From positions 15,975 through 79,974 of the forward strand of contig NZ_JAGOLP010000013.1 in assembly GCF_017994015.1 (NCBI RefSeq): 64,000 nucleotides of DNA. The letters are read 5' to 3'. Position numbers and translations under genes: made by a program. Positions 48,804-59,302 of this stretch are shown here, piece by piece; within the stretch, counting starts at the first letter, position 1; the number at the start of each line of letters is the position of its first letter. Under the pieces are notes generated by a model that saw only the letters and a program-made list of their open reading frames with translations, searched no databases and was not told the origin of the DNA. This DNA comes from Ferrovibrio sp. Its GTDB lineage: Bacteria > Pseudomonadota > Alphaproteobacteria > Ferrovibrionales > Ferrovibrionaceae.

Positions 48804-50378
48804 TTAGAATTGCAGCGGGGTGGCCTGGCGCACGCCGGGAATGGCCTTGACCTTGGCGGCCACTTCAGCCGGGATCGGGCCGTCCACTTCCACCAGGCAG
48901 ATGGCTTCCTGGCCCTTGGCGGCGCGGCCAAGGTGGAAAGTGGCGATATTGATGCCGGCATCGCCCAGCACAGTGCCAAGCCGGCCGATAAAGCCCGGCG
49001 CATCCTCGTTGGTGACATAGAGCATGTTCGGGCCAAGCTCGGCGTCGATATCGATGCCCTTGATCTCCACCACGCGCGGATTCTTGTTGGCAAACAGGGT
49101 GCCGGAGAGATGGCGCACCTTGTCGGCATGGATGGTGACGCGCATCAGGGTCTGGTAATCGCCCTCGCGGTCATGCTTGACCTCGGAGACTTCAATATTG
49201 CGCTCCTTGGCCACCAGCGGCGCGTTGACCATATTCACGCTGCTGAGCTGGCGGCGCAACAGGCCCTCCAGCACAATGGCCGTCAGCGGCCGGGTATTCA
49301 GCCCGGCGACATGGCCTTCATACTCAATCATCACCTTGGTGAGATTGGCTTCGGCAAGCTGGCCAACAAAGCTGCCAAGCTGTTCCGCCAGCTTCATATA
49401 AGGCCGCAGCTTGGGCGCATCCTCGGCCGACACGCTGGGCATGTTCAGCGCGTTGGTGACGGCGCCGGTCAGCAGATAGTCGCTGATCTGCTCGGCCACC
49501 TGCAAGGCCACATTCTCCTGCGCCTCATTGGTGGAGGCGCCGAGATGCGGCGTGGCGATGAAACGATCATGGCCAAACAGCGCATTTTCCTTGGCCGGTT
49601 CGGTGACGAACACGTCAAACGCTGCGCCGGCCACCTGGCCGCTATCCAGCGCTTCCTTGAGCGCGGCTTCATCCACCAGCCCGCCACGGGCGCAGTTGAC
49701 AATGCGCACGCCCTTCTTGGCCTTGGCCAGCGCCTTGGCATCCAGGATATTCTTGGTCTGCTCGGTCAGCGGCGTGTGCAGGGTGATGAAATCGGCCCGC
49801 GCCAGCAATTCATCCAGTTCCACTTTCTCGATGCCCAGGCTCTGGGCGCGCTCCGGGGTCAGGAACGGATCAAAGCCAACCACCTTCATCTTCAGGCCCT
49901 GGGCGCGGTCGGCCACGATGGAGCCGATATTGCCGCAGCCGATCAGGCCCAGCGTCTTGCCATACAGCTCAACGCCCATGAAGCGGTTCTTCTCCCACTT
50001 GCCGGCCTGGGTGGAGCGGTCGGCGAGCGGAATTTCACGCGCCAGCGCCATCATCATGGCAATGGCATGTTCGGCAGTGGTGATCGAATTGCCGAACGGG
50101 GTGTTCATGACGCAGACGCCGCGCGCCGTGGCAGCCGGGATGTCCACGTTGTCCACACCGATGCCGGCACGGCCCACCACTTTCAGATTGGTGGCGGCTT
50201 CCAGCACCTTGGCAGTGACCTTGGTGGCGGAGCGGATCGCCAGGCCGTCATACTGGCCGATGATGGCCAGCAATTCATCCGGCTTCAGGCCGGTCTTGAT
50301 ATCAACCTCGACGCCGCGATTCTTGAAAATCTCAACAGCGGCCGGGCTCAATTCGTCGGAAATGAGAACCTTCACCAT
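48804..50378 (-). CDS. serA: D-3-phosphoglycerate dehydrogenase
   Basis: GRAGIGVDN, GCGNIG, TPHLGAST, C-terminal ACT domain. Confidence 0.97.
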   Translation of the reverse strand: MVKVLISDELSPAAVEIFKNRGVEVDIKTGLKPDELLAIIGQYDGLAIRSATKVTAKVLEAATNLKVVGRAGIGVDNVDIPAATARGVCVMNTPFGNSITTAEHAIAMMMALAREIPLADRSTQAGKWEKNRFMGVELYGKTLGLIGCGNIGSIVADRAQGLKMKVVGFDPFLTPERAQSLGIEKVELDELLARADFITLHTPLTEQTKNILDAKALAKAKKGVRIVNCARGGLVDEAALKEALDSGQVAGAAFDVFVTEPAKENALFGHDRFIATPHLGASTNEAQENVALQVAEQISDYLLTGAVTNALNMPSVSAEDAPKLRPYMKLAEQLGSFVGQLAEANLTKVMIEYEGHVAGLNTRPLTAIVLEGLLRRQLSSVNMVNAPLVAKERNIEVSEVKHDREGDYQTLMRVTIHADKVRHLSGTLFANKNPRVVEIKGIDIDAELGPNMLYVTNEDAPGFIGRLGTVLGDAGINIATFHLGRAAKGQEAICLVEVDGPIPAEVAAKVKAIPGVRQATPLQF

Positions 50379-50456
50379 GGGGTGTTCCTCACAGGGATAG
50401 CAATTGGGGGATAGGATGAAGCGGCGGGCGCGTCCGGCGCCCGCCGAAAATTCAGC

Positions 50457-51629
50457 TCAGGCAGCGGCCGGCTTGAAGCTGGCCTTGACCTGGGCAAAGG
50501 CCCAATCGAGCCAGGGCGCCAGCGCAGCCGTGTCGCTCGGCTCGACGGTGGCGCCGCCCCAGATGCGCAGGCCCGGCGGGGCATCGCGATAGGCGCCGAT
50601 ATCCAGCGCCACGCCTTCCTTTTCCAGCACGGCGGCAATCTGCTTGGCCGCCGCATCCTGATCCTTCGGCGCCAGGGCCGTGAACCAGGGATCAACCACC
50701 TTGAGGCAGATCGAGGTGTTGGAGCGGATCGCCTTGTCGGCACACAGGAAGGCCGCCCAATCGGACTGCGCCACCCAGGCTTCCAAAGCCGCCAGATTGG
50801 CTTCCGACCGCGCCTTCATGCCGGCCAGGCCACCGATCGACTGGCCCCATTTCAGGGCGTCGATGATGTCTTCCACGCAGAGCATCGACGGCGTGTTGAT
50901 GGTTTCGCCCTTGAAGATGCCTTCAATCAGCTTGCCATCCTTGGCCATGCGGAAAATCTTCGGCAGCGGCCAGGCCGGGCTGTAGGTTTCCAGGCGCTGC
51001 ACGGCGCGCGGGCTGAGCACGATCATGCCATGCGCGGCCTCGCCGCCCGTCGCCTTCTGCCACGACCAAGTGGTGACATCCAGCTTGTCCCACGGCAGGT
51101 CCATGGCGAATACAGCGGAAGTGGCGTCGCAGATCGACAGGCCCTCGCGGTCAGCCTTGATCCAGTCGCCATTCGGCACGCGCACGCCCGAAGTGGTGCC
51201 ATTCCAGGTGAACACCACGTCGCGGTTCCAGTCGACCTTGGCCAGATCAACGATCTCGCCATAGCCGGCCTTCAGGCTGCGCACATCGGTGAGCTTGAGT
51301 TCCTTGGTGATATCGGAAGCCCAGCCGGAGCCGAAGCTCTCCCAGCCGAGCACATCGATGCCACGTGGCCCAAGCAGCGACCACAGGGCCATTTCAACCG
51401 CGCCGGTATCCGATGCCGGCACGATGCCGATGCGGTAATCCGCCGGGATGCCGAGGATCTGGCGATGCAGTTCGATGGCTTCCACCAGACGCGCCTTGCC
51501 CTCTTTCGAGCGGTGCGAACGGCCAACCAGGGCGTTTTTGAGATTTTCAGGGTTCCAGCCGGGGCGCTTGGCGCAGGGACCGGAGGAAAAATGCGCCACA
51601 GCAGGACGCAGGGACGGCTTACTCGTCAT
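50457..51629 (-). CDS. serC: Phosphoserine aminotransferase
   Basis: [20 protein letters not shown] (PLP Lys), TINTPSML. Confidence 0.96.
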   Translation of the reverse strand: MTSKPSLRPAVAHFSSGPCAKRPGWNPENLKNALVGRSHRSKEGKARLVEAIELHRQILGIPADYRIGIVPASDTGAVEMALWSLLGPRGIDVLGWESFGSGWASDITKELKLTDVRSLKAGYGEIVDLAKVDWNRDVVFTWNGTTSGVRVPNGDWIKADREGLSICDATSAVFAMDLPWDKLDVTTWSWQKATGGEAAHGMIVLSPRAVQRLETYSPAWPLPKIFRMAKDGKLIEGIFKGETINTPSMLCVEDIIDALKWGQSIGGLAGMKARSEANLAALEAWVAQSDWAAFLCADKAIRSNTSICLKVVDPWFTALAPKDQDAAAKQIAAVLEKEGVALDIGAYRDAPPGLRIWGGATVEPSDTAALAPWLDWAFAQVKASFKPAAA

Positions 51630-51632
51630 TTG

Positions 51633-51686
51633 TCTCTATCCTTCCAGATAGTAGCACTCCGTTGGGGGAGCGTGGCCCGCCGCCCT
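51633..51686 (-). ncRNA. serC leader RNA motif (alphaproteobacterial cis-regulatory element)
   Basis: GGGCCACGCTCCCCCAACGGAGTGCTACTATCTGGAAGGATAG directly upstream of serC; resembles the serC motif as recalled. Confidence 0.75.
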
Positions 51687-52000
51687 TATAGGCCCAAGCC
51701 GGCGATGCCGCAATGGCGAAAAGCGGATTTTTCGCTGGGGATATTCAGCGGCTGCGCGGCCGACCCATTTCACTACGACAGAATAAAAGCTATATACACC
51801 ATTTAAGATTGGTATTTTCCGGCCCGATAAGCCGTATGCAGCGAGCATTAACATTCGCATATAAATTTTTACAAGTAATTGAATTTATTATAAAAATAAA
51901 CCTTGTCGCGCGTTATTTCACTCTATCTTACAGGAATGATCCGTTGCCCAGATCATAACGGCAGCTTGGCAGCCATACTCATTAGTTCAGCAGGTGCCTC

Positions 52001-53683
52001 TTGTTTGCGATCTTTACTTCAACTGCACGTCGCCGCGACATGCAGGCCCAAATTGACGCCATCAATCGCGTGCAGGCGGTGATCGAATTCAGCCTGGATG
52101 GCCGCGTTCTGACGGCTAATGAGAATTTCCTGCACACTATGGGCTATGGCCTGGAGGAAGTGCAGAACCGGCCTCACGAAATCTTTGTTGAGCCGGCCTA
52201 TCGCAGCAGCGCCGAATACCGTGCCTTCTGGGCCAAGCTGGGACGCGGCGAATATGATGCCGGCCAGTACAAGCGCCTCACCAAGGATGGCCGCGAAGTC
52301 TGGCTTCAGGCCAGCTACAATCCGATCCTGGATGCCAGCGGGCAGCCCTACAAGGTGGTGAAATTCGCCACCGACATCACGGCGCAAAAGGCCCGGGATG
52401 CTGATTACCAGGGTCAGCTTGCCGCCATCAACAAGGCCCAAGCGGTGATCGAATTCAGCCTGGATGGCCGCATCCTCAAAGCCAACGATAATTTCCTGCG
52501 CACCATGGGTTATGACCTTGCGGAAGTGCAGAACCGGCATCATGAAGTCTTTGTTGAGCCGGCCTATCGCAGCAGCGCCGAGTATCGCGCCTTCTGGGCC
52601 AAGCTGGGGCGCGGCGAATATGATGCCGGCCAGTATAAGCGCATCACCAAGGATGGCCGCGAAGTGTGGATTCAGGCCAGCTACAATCCGATCCTGGACG
52701 CCAGCGGGCGGCCCTACAAGGTGGTGAAATTCGCCACCGATATCACGGCGCAGGTTGAAAGCAGCCAGATGATGCAGCAGGCCGTGCTGGAAGTGCAGGA
52801 TGTGGTGAATGCCGCCAAGGCAAGCGACCTCACGCATCGCATCGACATGACTGCAAAGAAGGGCGAAATCCGCAGCCTGTGCAGCGGGGTCAACGACCTG
52901 ATCAGCACCATGGCCGAGATCATCGGCCAGTTGCGCGGTGCCTCGGCGGCGATTGCCACGGCTGCGGCTGAAATCTCCGCCGGCAGCGAGGATTTGGCGC
53001 ATCGCACTGAAAGCCAGGCCGCCAGCATCGAGGAAACCGCCGCGTCGAGCCAGCAGGCCACCGCCACGGTGAAGCAGAATGCCGCCAATGCGCAAACCGC
53101 CAACCGGCTGGCCAGCCTGGCGCGCGACAATGCCGATAAGGGCGGCGGGGTGGTGCGCGAAGCCGTGGCCGCGGTCAGCCAGATTGAGGAAAGTTCACGC
53201 AAGATCGGCGATATTGTTGGCCTGATTGACGAGATCGCGTTTCAGACCAACCTGCTGGCGCTGAATGCCAGTGTGGAAGCGGCCCGTGCCGGCGAAGCTG
53301 GCAAAGGCTTTGCCGTTGTGGCGCAGGAAGTGCGCAGCCTGGCGCAGCGCTCGGCCAGCGCTTCGAAGGATATCAAGGCGCTGATTCAATCTTCCAACGC
53401 CCAGGTCAAGACCGGCGCCACCCTGGTGAATGATACCGGCGCCGCCCTGACCGATATTGTTGGTGCCATCAAGCAGGTTTCAGACCTGATCGCACAGATC
53501 GCCACCGCATCGGCCGAACAGGCGGTTGGGCTGGAGCAGATCAACATTGCAATCAACAGCATGGACGAGATGACGCAGCGCAATGGCAGCCTGGCGGAAC
53601 AGACATCCTCCGCCTCGCGCAACCTGTCCGCCCAGGCACGCGACCTGGCCGAACTGGTGCAGCGCTACCGGATCGATGGCTGA
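52001..53683 (+). CDS. Soluble methyl-accepting chemotaxis protein with two PAS/PAC domains
   Basis: Two AVIEFSLDG..WxQASYNP..VVKFATDIT units; IDEIAFQTNLLALNASVEAARAGE; no TM segment. Confidence 0.94.
   Translation: MFAIFTSTARRRDMQAQIDAINRVQAVIEFSLDGRVLTANENFLHTMGYGLEEVQNRPHEIFVEPAYRSSAEYRAFWAKLGRGEYDAGQYKRLTKDGREVWLQASYNPILDASGQPYKVVKFATDITAQKARDADYQGQLAAINKAQAVIEFSLDGRILKANDNFLRTMGYDLAEVQNRHHEVFVEPAYRSSAEYRAFWAKLGRGEYDAGQYKRITKDGREVWIQASYNPILDASGRPYKVVKFATDITAQVESSQMMQQAVLEVQDVVNAAKASDLTHRIDMTAKKGEIRSLCSGVNDLISTMAEIIGQLRGASAAIATAAAEISAGSEDLAHRTESQAASIEETAASSQQATATVKQNAANAQTANRLASLARDNADKGGGVVREAVAAVSQIEESSRKIGDIVGLIDEIAFQTNLLALNASVEAARAGEAGKGFAVVAQEVRSLAQRSASASKDIKALIQSSNAQVKTGATLVNDTGAALTDIVGAIKQVSDLIAQIATASAEQAVGLEQINIAINSMDEMTQRNGSLAEQTSSASRNLSAQARDLAELVQRYRIDG
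52060..52750 (+). repeat. Intragenic tandem duplication (366-bp period) of the PAS domain
   Basis: GCGGTGATCGAATTCAGCCTGGATGGCCGC at 52076 and 52442, with near-identical DNA downstream. Confidence 0.9.
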
Positions 53684-53686
53684 ATG

Positions 53687-55246
53687 TCAGCCCACGATGC
53701 CGATCTGCCAGGGCACGAATTCATGATCGCCGACGCCAAGCAGCTCGCTCTTGGTCTTTTCGCCTGAAGCGGTGCGCAGGATTTGCTCAAAAATCTCCTG
53801 CCCCATTTCCTGCATCGATTTGGTGCCGTCGAGGATCTGGCCGCAATTGATATCCATATCCTCTTCCAGCCGGCGATACATCGGCGAATTGGTGGCGAGC
53901 TTCAAGGATGGCGCCGGCTTGGCACCGAAGGCTGAGCCGCGCCCGGTGGTGAAGGCGATGATATTGGCGCCGCCGGCAATCTGACCGGTGGCCGAGCACG
54001 GGTCGTAGCCCGGCGTGTCCATGAACACCAAACCCTTGGCTTGTACCGGCTCGGCATATTTGTACACTTCCATCAGCGGCCCGGTGCCGCCCTTCATGGA
54101 TGAACCGAGCGACTTCTCGAAGATATTGGCCAGGCCGCCGGCCTGATTGCCGGGGCTGACCACGCCGTTGATCTGCACGTCGCGGCCAACGGCATACACA
54201 TCCTTCCACCAGCGGATACGCTCCACCAGTTTCTCGCCCACCTCGGTGCTCACTGCGCGCTGGGTCAGGGTATGTTCCACGCCATAGATTTCCGGGGTTT
54301 CGGAAAGGATGGCGGTGCCGCCATGGCGCACCAGGATATCCATCGCCGCGCCCAAAGCCGGATTGGCGGTGATCGACGAGAAACCATCCGAGCCGCCGCA
54401 TTGCAGGCCCACGGTGATATGGCTGGCCGGCACCGTGCTGCGCACCACATTATTGGCGCTGGGCAGAATCTTCTTCACGGCTTCGATGCCGGCTTCGATG
54501 GTTTTGCGCGTGCCGCCGGTTTCCTGCATCACAAAGGTGACCAGATTGTCGCTGGCCTTGAGGCCCTGTTCGGCCATCATGCCGCCAAGCTGATTGCGCT
54601 CGCAGCCCAGGCCAATCACCAGCACCGCCGCCAGATTGGCATGGCGCACATAGCCGCCCAAGGTGCGGCGCAGCAAGGCCATCGCCTCGCCTGTCATTTC
54701 CATGCCGCAGCCGAGCGCGTGGCTAAACGCCACCACGCCATCCACATTGGGATATTCCGCCAGGCGTTCCTCGGTGAAATGCCGCGCGATGGCATGCACC
54801 ACGGTGGCCGAGCAATTCACCGTGGAGACAATGCCAACATAGTTGCGCGTGCCGACACGGCCATCGGGCCGCAGGATACCCTGGAAGGTGGCGCGTTCGG
54901 CTTCCGGCAGCATCTGCACCGGCTTGTAATTACGGCCATGGGCATAATCGCGGTCGAATTCACGAAAATCGGTATTGTGGCTGTGCAGCATGGTGCCGGC
55001 CGGCAGGTCGGCGGCGGCAAAGCCCACGGTGACATTGTATTTCAGGATCGGCTCGCCCTGCTTCAGATCGCGTGCGGCAATCTTGTAGCCGGCCAGCACC
55101 TTGTCACGGATGACAAAGCCGGCATGGCGGTTATCGCCCTCCACCGGCAGGCCGGGCACCACATCAATGCGGGCCACAACCACATTGTCGTCTGGGTGCA
55201 GGCGGATGACAGGGCCGATCAGGCGCTTGGCATGCAGGTCGATCAT
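53687..55246 (-). CDS. UxaA/GarD family dehydratase (SAF domain)
   Basis: LHPDDNVVVA, GRVGTRN, STVNCS, LQCGGSD, SETPE, FTTGRGS. Confidence 0.9.
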   Translation of the reverse strand: MIDLHAKRLIGPVIRLHPDDNVVVARIDVVPGLPVEGDNRHAGFVIRDKVLAGYKIAARDLKQGEPILKYNVTVGFAAADLPAGTMLHSHNTDFREFDRDYAHGRNYKPVQMLPEAERATFQGILRPDGRVGTRNYVGIVSTVNCSATVVHAIARHFTEERLAEYPNVDGVVAFSHALGCGMEMTGEAMALLRRTLGGYVRHANLAAVLVIGLGCERNQLGGMMAEQGLKASDNLVTFVMQETGGTRKTIEAGIEAVKKILPSANNVVRSTVPASHITVGLQCGGSDGFSSITANPALGAAMDILVRHGGTAILSETPEIYGVEHTLTQRAVSTEVGEKLVERIRWWKDVYAVGRDVQINGVVSPGNQAGGLANIFEKSLGSSMKGGTGPLMEVYKYAEPVQAKGLVFMDTPGYDPCSATGQIAGGANIIAFTTGRGSAFGAKPAPSLKLATNSPMYRRLEEDMDINCGQILDGTKSMQEMGQEIFEQILRTASGEKTKSELLGVGDHEFVPWQIGIVG

Positions 55247-55271
55247 CGGGGCAATCTCGCTGGTGGGGAAA

Positions 55272-55287
55272 ATGTTACCGGTAACAT
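55272..55287. promoter_or_regulatory. Gluconate-repressor (LacI-family GntR) type operator ATGTTACCGGTAACAT
   Basis: Perfect 16-bp palindrome matching ATGTTA-N4-TAACAT between the divergent dehydratase and LacI genes. Confidence 0.85.
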
Positions 55288-55334
55288 CGGCCGTGAACCT
55301 ACCCTGGAAAATCGGTTCTGGCTATACTGCAATT

Positions 55335-56375
55335 GTGAAGCAACCCGCCAAAATCCGTGCTGCATCTGCGAAGACGCCAACCCTGGCGGATATCGCAGCC
55401 GAGCTTGGCGTGACCAAGATCACGGTTTCCCGCGCCCTCAACACACCTGACCGGGTATCGCCGCAGACCCTGGAAAAAGTGCGCCAGGCGGTGCGCCGCC
55501 TGGGCTACACGCCCAACCTGCTGGCCGGCTCGCTTTCCTCCAGCCGCAGCCGCCTGATCGTGGCGCTGGTGCCCAGCATCAGCGGCGCCATGTTCACCGC
55601 CACCATGCAGCAGGTGGCGCAGCATCTGCGCCAGCATGGCTATCAATTGCTGATCGGCCAGGGCGGCTATGACGAAGCCAGCGAGGCGGCTTTGCTCAGT
55701 GCCATTATCGGCCGGCGCCCCGATGGCATCATCCTGACCGGCATCGTGCATTCGCCCGAGGTACGCCGACAATTGCAGGCCGCACAGATACCCGTGGTGG
55801 AAACCTGGGATCTGACGCCAAAGCCGATTGACATGCTGGTTGGGTTTTCGCATCCCGCCATCGGCCGGGCTGCGGCCAGGCATCTATATGCGCGCGGCTG
55901 CCGACGACCGGCAATCATTTCGCCTGATGACCGCCGCGCCGGACTGCGCGCTACAGCCTTCATTGAACAATTCCGCAAGCTGGCCGGCAAGGCCATCGAC
56001 ATCCCGGTGCATGAAGCCGAGGCGCCGACACCGATGGGCGCCGGCCGCACCGGACTGGCCACCCTGCTGGCCCGGCTGCCCGACATTGACGGCGTATTCT
56101 GCGGCTCGGACAATCTGGCATTGGGCGCTTTGATCGAGGCCCGGCATCGCCAGATCGTTATACCCGACAAACTGGCAGTGATCGGCTATGGCGATCAAAG
56201 CTTTGGCGAGGATGCCGATCCGCCGCTGACCAGCCTGCGTATCGACGGCGCCGAAATCGGCCGTGTTGCCGCCGAGATGCTGGTGGCCCGGGTGGAAGGC
56301 AAGCTACAACCCGGCAAGGACAAGGCCCGCATCGTTGATGTGGGCTTCGCCCTGGTACAGCGCAAAAGTGCCTAG
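55335..56375 (+). CDS. LacI-family transcriptional regulator (E. coli GntR/IdnR-like)
   Basis: TLADIAAELGVTKITVSRALN, PVVETWD, VGFSH; GTG start inferred. Confidence 0.92.
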   Translation: MKQPAKIRAASAKTPTLADIAAELGVTKITVSRALNTPDRVSPQTLEKVRQAVRRLGYTPNLLAGSLSSSRSRLIVALVPSISGAMFTATMQQVAQHLRQHGYQLLIGQGGYDEASEAALLSAIIGRRPDGIILTGIVHSPEVRRQLQAAQIPVVETWDLTPKPIDMLVGFSHPAIGRAAARHLYARGCRRPAIISPDDRRAGLRATAFIEQFRKLAGKAIDIPVHEAEAPTPMGAGRTGLATLLARLPDIDGVFCGSDNLALGALIEARHRQIVIPDKLAVIGYGDQSFGEDADPPLTSLRIDGAEIGRVAAEMLVARVEGKLQPGKDKARIVDVGFALVQRKSA

Positions 56376-56851
56376 ATCGGGATCACCAGCAGCGAGTCAA
56401 TCCGGGTGGAATCGCACACGACGAGGCGCTCGCGAAACAGCCATTCGCCATCCTGCTGTATGATGGTGTCGCGATAGACACCGGTGCTGAACAGCTCAAA
56501 GCTGCCGCCTTCCATGATGCGGGTGACATAATAGTTGGTGGCGACATGCAGCGTGCCATCCGCATCCAACGCCTCGATCAACGTGGCGCTGACCATATGA
56601 CGATACCGATGCGGTTCGAAGATATTGGCGCGGCGCATTGAGGCGATACGGTCGCGGAGCATCGCGCGGCTGTCACATTGCAGGATGCCGATCACCTGGC
56701 CCTGTTCATGGCTGCGCCGCGAGATGATACGATAGGAAGCCTGCTCAACGAATAGATCGGGCAATGCTTCCAGCTTGTCGTCATCCACCAGATGCACATA
56801 ACGATGGATCAGATCCTGCACCGCAGGCAGGTAGCTATTCTTGTCGGCCAT
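56372..56851 (-). CDS. Aromatic ring-hydroxylating oxygenase beta subunit
   Basis: MLRDRI, HRYRH, VVCDSTRIDSLLVIPI; RBS GAGGAG. Confidence 0.9.
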   Translation of the reverse strand: MADKNSYLPAVQDLIHRYVHLVDDDKLEALPDLFVEQASYRIISRRSHEQGQVIGILQCDSRAMLRDRIASMRRANIFEPHRYRHMVSATLIEALDADGTLHVATNYYVTRIMEGGSFELFSTGVYRDTIIQQDGEWLFRERLVVCDSTRIDSLLVIPI

Positions 56852-56865
56852 GAGCGCCGCACTCC

Positions 56866-58134
56866 TCAAATCTGCATAATGCCGCGATAAGCCTTCCAGA
56901 AGCCGCGCACGGATGCCTCGCTGACGCGGGATTTCTGGTTCTCGACGCTGCGCCCCCCCATTTGCAACACCGTACTTGCCTCGCCTTCGCGGCGCACGGC
57001 GCGCTGCACCAGGCTACCGATGATACCGTCTTCCATCGAAACCAGGCCGGCCGGGCCAACCAGATTACTCTGCCGCACACGCATCTGGCGCTTATCGGCA
57101 TCGTCATCGGCATAGCCGAGCAGAATCCAATACAATTCGCATTCATCCACCGCACGCGGCACCAGAATGCGCACGGCCAATGAATTCTGAATCTGCTGCA
57201 CAATTAGATTCGGAAAGATACCCTGGATGGCGTGAGTGATGCCGTCGTCGAATTCCGGGAAGGTTTTCAGCAGGGCGCGGTCATGCAGATCAAAGTCATT
57301 CTTCTGCGCCCGCAATTCGGCATTGTCGTAGGTCTTGTCGTTGGCATCCTCACTGGCCACTTTGGAAAAGCTGATATGGTGGCCGCCGGTTTCATCCAGC
57401 ACCAGGCCGCCTTCCATGGTCAGGCGGTTGAGCTTGAAGGTGGTGAAGAAGGTGTGCAGCAGGCTCGCATGATACGAGTCCTTCACATTCTCCATATAGA
57501 GCTTCCAGTTGTTTTTCATATACTGGGAATAGGTGCCCAGGATCTGCATCGGCCGATTGAAGATGCGGTGCATGTGCCGGATCATCACCTCGCCGAGATA
57601 CTCCTCCAAGGCCGGTGCTTCTGCCGAGAAGCTGGCAAAGACCAGTTCTGCCACCTGACCAACCCGCAACCGGGTGAGACCATGATCGCCCATGCAGAAA
57701 TCCTGCGGCAAACCACCCTGGCGCCGGATGCCATGCTGGAAGGCAACGCTTTTGAGATTGCCCTGCAGGTCGAAGCACCAATTATGGTAGACGCAGGATA
57801 GCACCTTGCGATTGCCTGAAGGCTCGTAGCACAACGTGGTGCCGCGATGAGCACAGCGGTTGATGAAGGCATTGAGCTGGCCGGCTTCATCGCGGATCAG
57901 CAGAATTGGCGTATCACCGATCCAGGTGGTCTTGAAATCGCCCGGATTGGGCACTTCCATCGCCAGCCCAAGCGGATGCCAGACCGGGCCGCGGAACAGC
58001 TTGGTCTGTTCGGCTTCATAAATCGCCGGATCGAGGTAGACCTGATATGGCACAGCGGCATATTCCCCGGCCGGCCAGTTCAGTTCCGGCAGGGGCTGCG
58101 CCCCCTGCCGGGTTTCGGAAGATATTGCCTGCAT
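56866..58134 (-). CDS. Rieske aromatic ring-hydroxylating oxygenase alpha subunit (TphA2/NagG group)
   Basis: NRCAHRG, CVYHNW, NWKLYMENVKDSYHASLLH, GPAGLVSMEDG, VRGFWKAYR. Confidence 0.93.
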   Translation of the reverse strand: MQAISSETRQGAQPLPELNWPAGEYAAVPYQVYLDPAIYEAEQTKLFRGPVWHPLGLAMEVPNPGDFKTTWIGDTPILLIRDEAGQLNAFINRCAHRGTTLCYEPSGNRKVLSCVYHNWCFDLQGNLKSVAFQHGIRRQGGLPQDFCMGDHGLTRLRVGQVAELVFASFSAEAPALEEYLGEVMIRHMHRIFNRPMQILGTYSQYMKNNWKLYMENVKDSYHASLLHTFFTTFKLNRLTMEGGLVLDETGGHHISFSKVASEDANDKTYDNAELRAQKNDFDLHDRALLKTFPEFDDGITHAIQGIFPNLIVQQIQNSLAVRILVPRAVDECELYWILLGYADDDADKRQMRVRQSNLVGPAGLVSMEDGIIGSLVQRAVRREGEASTVLQMGGRSVENQKSRVSEASVRGFWKAYRGIMQI

Positions 58135-58144
58135 AACGATTGCC

Positions 58145-59245
58145 TTACTTGATGGAAGCCGGATCGACCGTCTTGGCCGAAGCGATCAAGGCAGCGCGAT
58201 CATATTTGTTGATCGCCGGGATCATTTCGTTGGTGAAGATGCGGGTCGGCTTCACCTTCTCGGTCATCAGGCGCTGCTGGATCATGAAATCCACCAGGCG
58301 CATCCAGTCTTCCTCGATGAACAGGCCATTCTGGCCGTTGGTTTTGGGCGAGGACCAGATTGCCATGCGGCGCTGATTCACCTTGATGCCCTCTTCCATC
58401 GCCGCCGCCGGGGTTTCCGCCTTGGGCCGTGCCGCCGGATAGTATTTCCAGGTGATCGCGACGGCTGCGGCCGGATTGGCCATGGTAAAATCGTAGCCCT
58501 TGGAAACAGCACGGGCGAAGCCCTCAAGCTGCTTGGCCTTGGCCTTCAGCCGGTCGGGCTGCACGATCAGCGACACATCCGGCAGGGTGAGCAAATCAGG
58601 ATCAACCGGCAGGTCGCGGGTCTTCATGCCGTTGACCTCGAATTTGGCCAGGGCCGCATCCCAGAACACCATTGCATCCACCGCACCCTGGCGCAGCGAG
58701 GTCATGGCCTGGGCGCCCGCGCCAATGGCGAGGAAATTGGCATCGCTATCCGGGTTCAGGCCCGCCTTGGCAAGAAAGGCGCGGCCGAAAGTGAGGCCGG
58801 CACTGCCCAGCGAGGCAACACCAAGCTTCTTGCCCTTCAATTCTGTAACTGACTTGATCGGGCTTTCCGGCAGCACCGAAATCGACCAGATGTTCTGGTA
58901 ATAGAGATTGTAGTAATACTGCACCGGCATGTTGAAACCGGACTGCATGCCGATCAGCGCCTGACCCGGCGAAGCGGCGCCGACATCGCCATTGCCGGCG
59001 GCAATCTGGATGGCCACTTCGTTGGAACCACCCGCCGCGAGCAATTCCACATCCAGCCCCTCGGCCTCGAAATAGCCCATATGCTTGGCAACAACGAAGG
59101 GCGAGAAGGCTTCGTCAATCAGGCGCACCGGAATCAGCGCGCGCAATTTTTCCAGATCAGCAGCCAGCGCCGGCTGCGCGGCAGTGGCAAACCAGGTGGC
59201 GCAGATGGCAGCACCGAGCAAAAGACTACGACGGGTCGACTTCAT
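58145..59245 (-). CDS. SsuA/NMT1-type ABC substrate-binding protein (Tat-like signal)
   Basis: STRRSLL, GYFEAEGLDVEL, ELKGKKLG. Confidence 0.87.
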   Translation of the reverse strand: MKSTRRSLLLGAAICATWFATAAQPALAADLEKLRALIPVRLIDEAFSPFVVAKHMGYFEAEGLDVELLAAGGSNEVAIQIAAGNGDVGAASPGQALIGMQSGFNMPVQYYYNLYYQNIWSISVLPESPIKSVTELKGKKLGVASLGSAGLTFGRAFLAKAGLNPDSDANFLAIGAGAQAMTSLRQGAVDAMVFWDAALAKFEVNGMKTRDLPVDPDLLTLPDVSLIVQPDRLKAKAKQLEGFARAVSKGYDFTMANPAAAVAITWKYYPAARPKAETPAAAMEEGIKVNQRRMAIWSSPKTNGQNGLFIEEDWMRLVDFMIQQRLMTEKVKPTRIFTNEMIPAINKYDRAALIASAKTVDPASIK

Positions 59246-59302
59246 GGCGTTGTTCCTTTTCTTGCGGCTGTTTGGGGAATGGCTGTACTGAGGAAAAAAA
59301 CT

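Noticed and set aside
48138-50414. 758-aa plus-strand ORF, and similar long ORFs at 35767-37485 and 42927-44744
   Set aside because: Antisense to well-supported genes (serA and the CoA-transferase, the acyl-CoA ligases)
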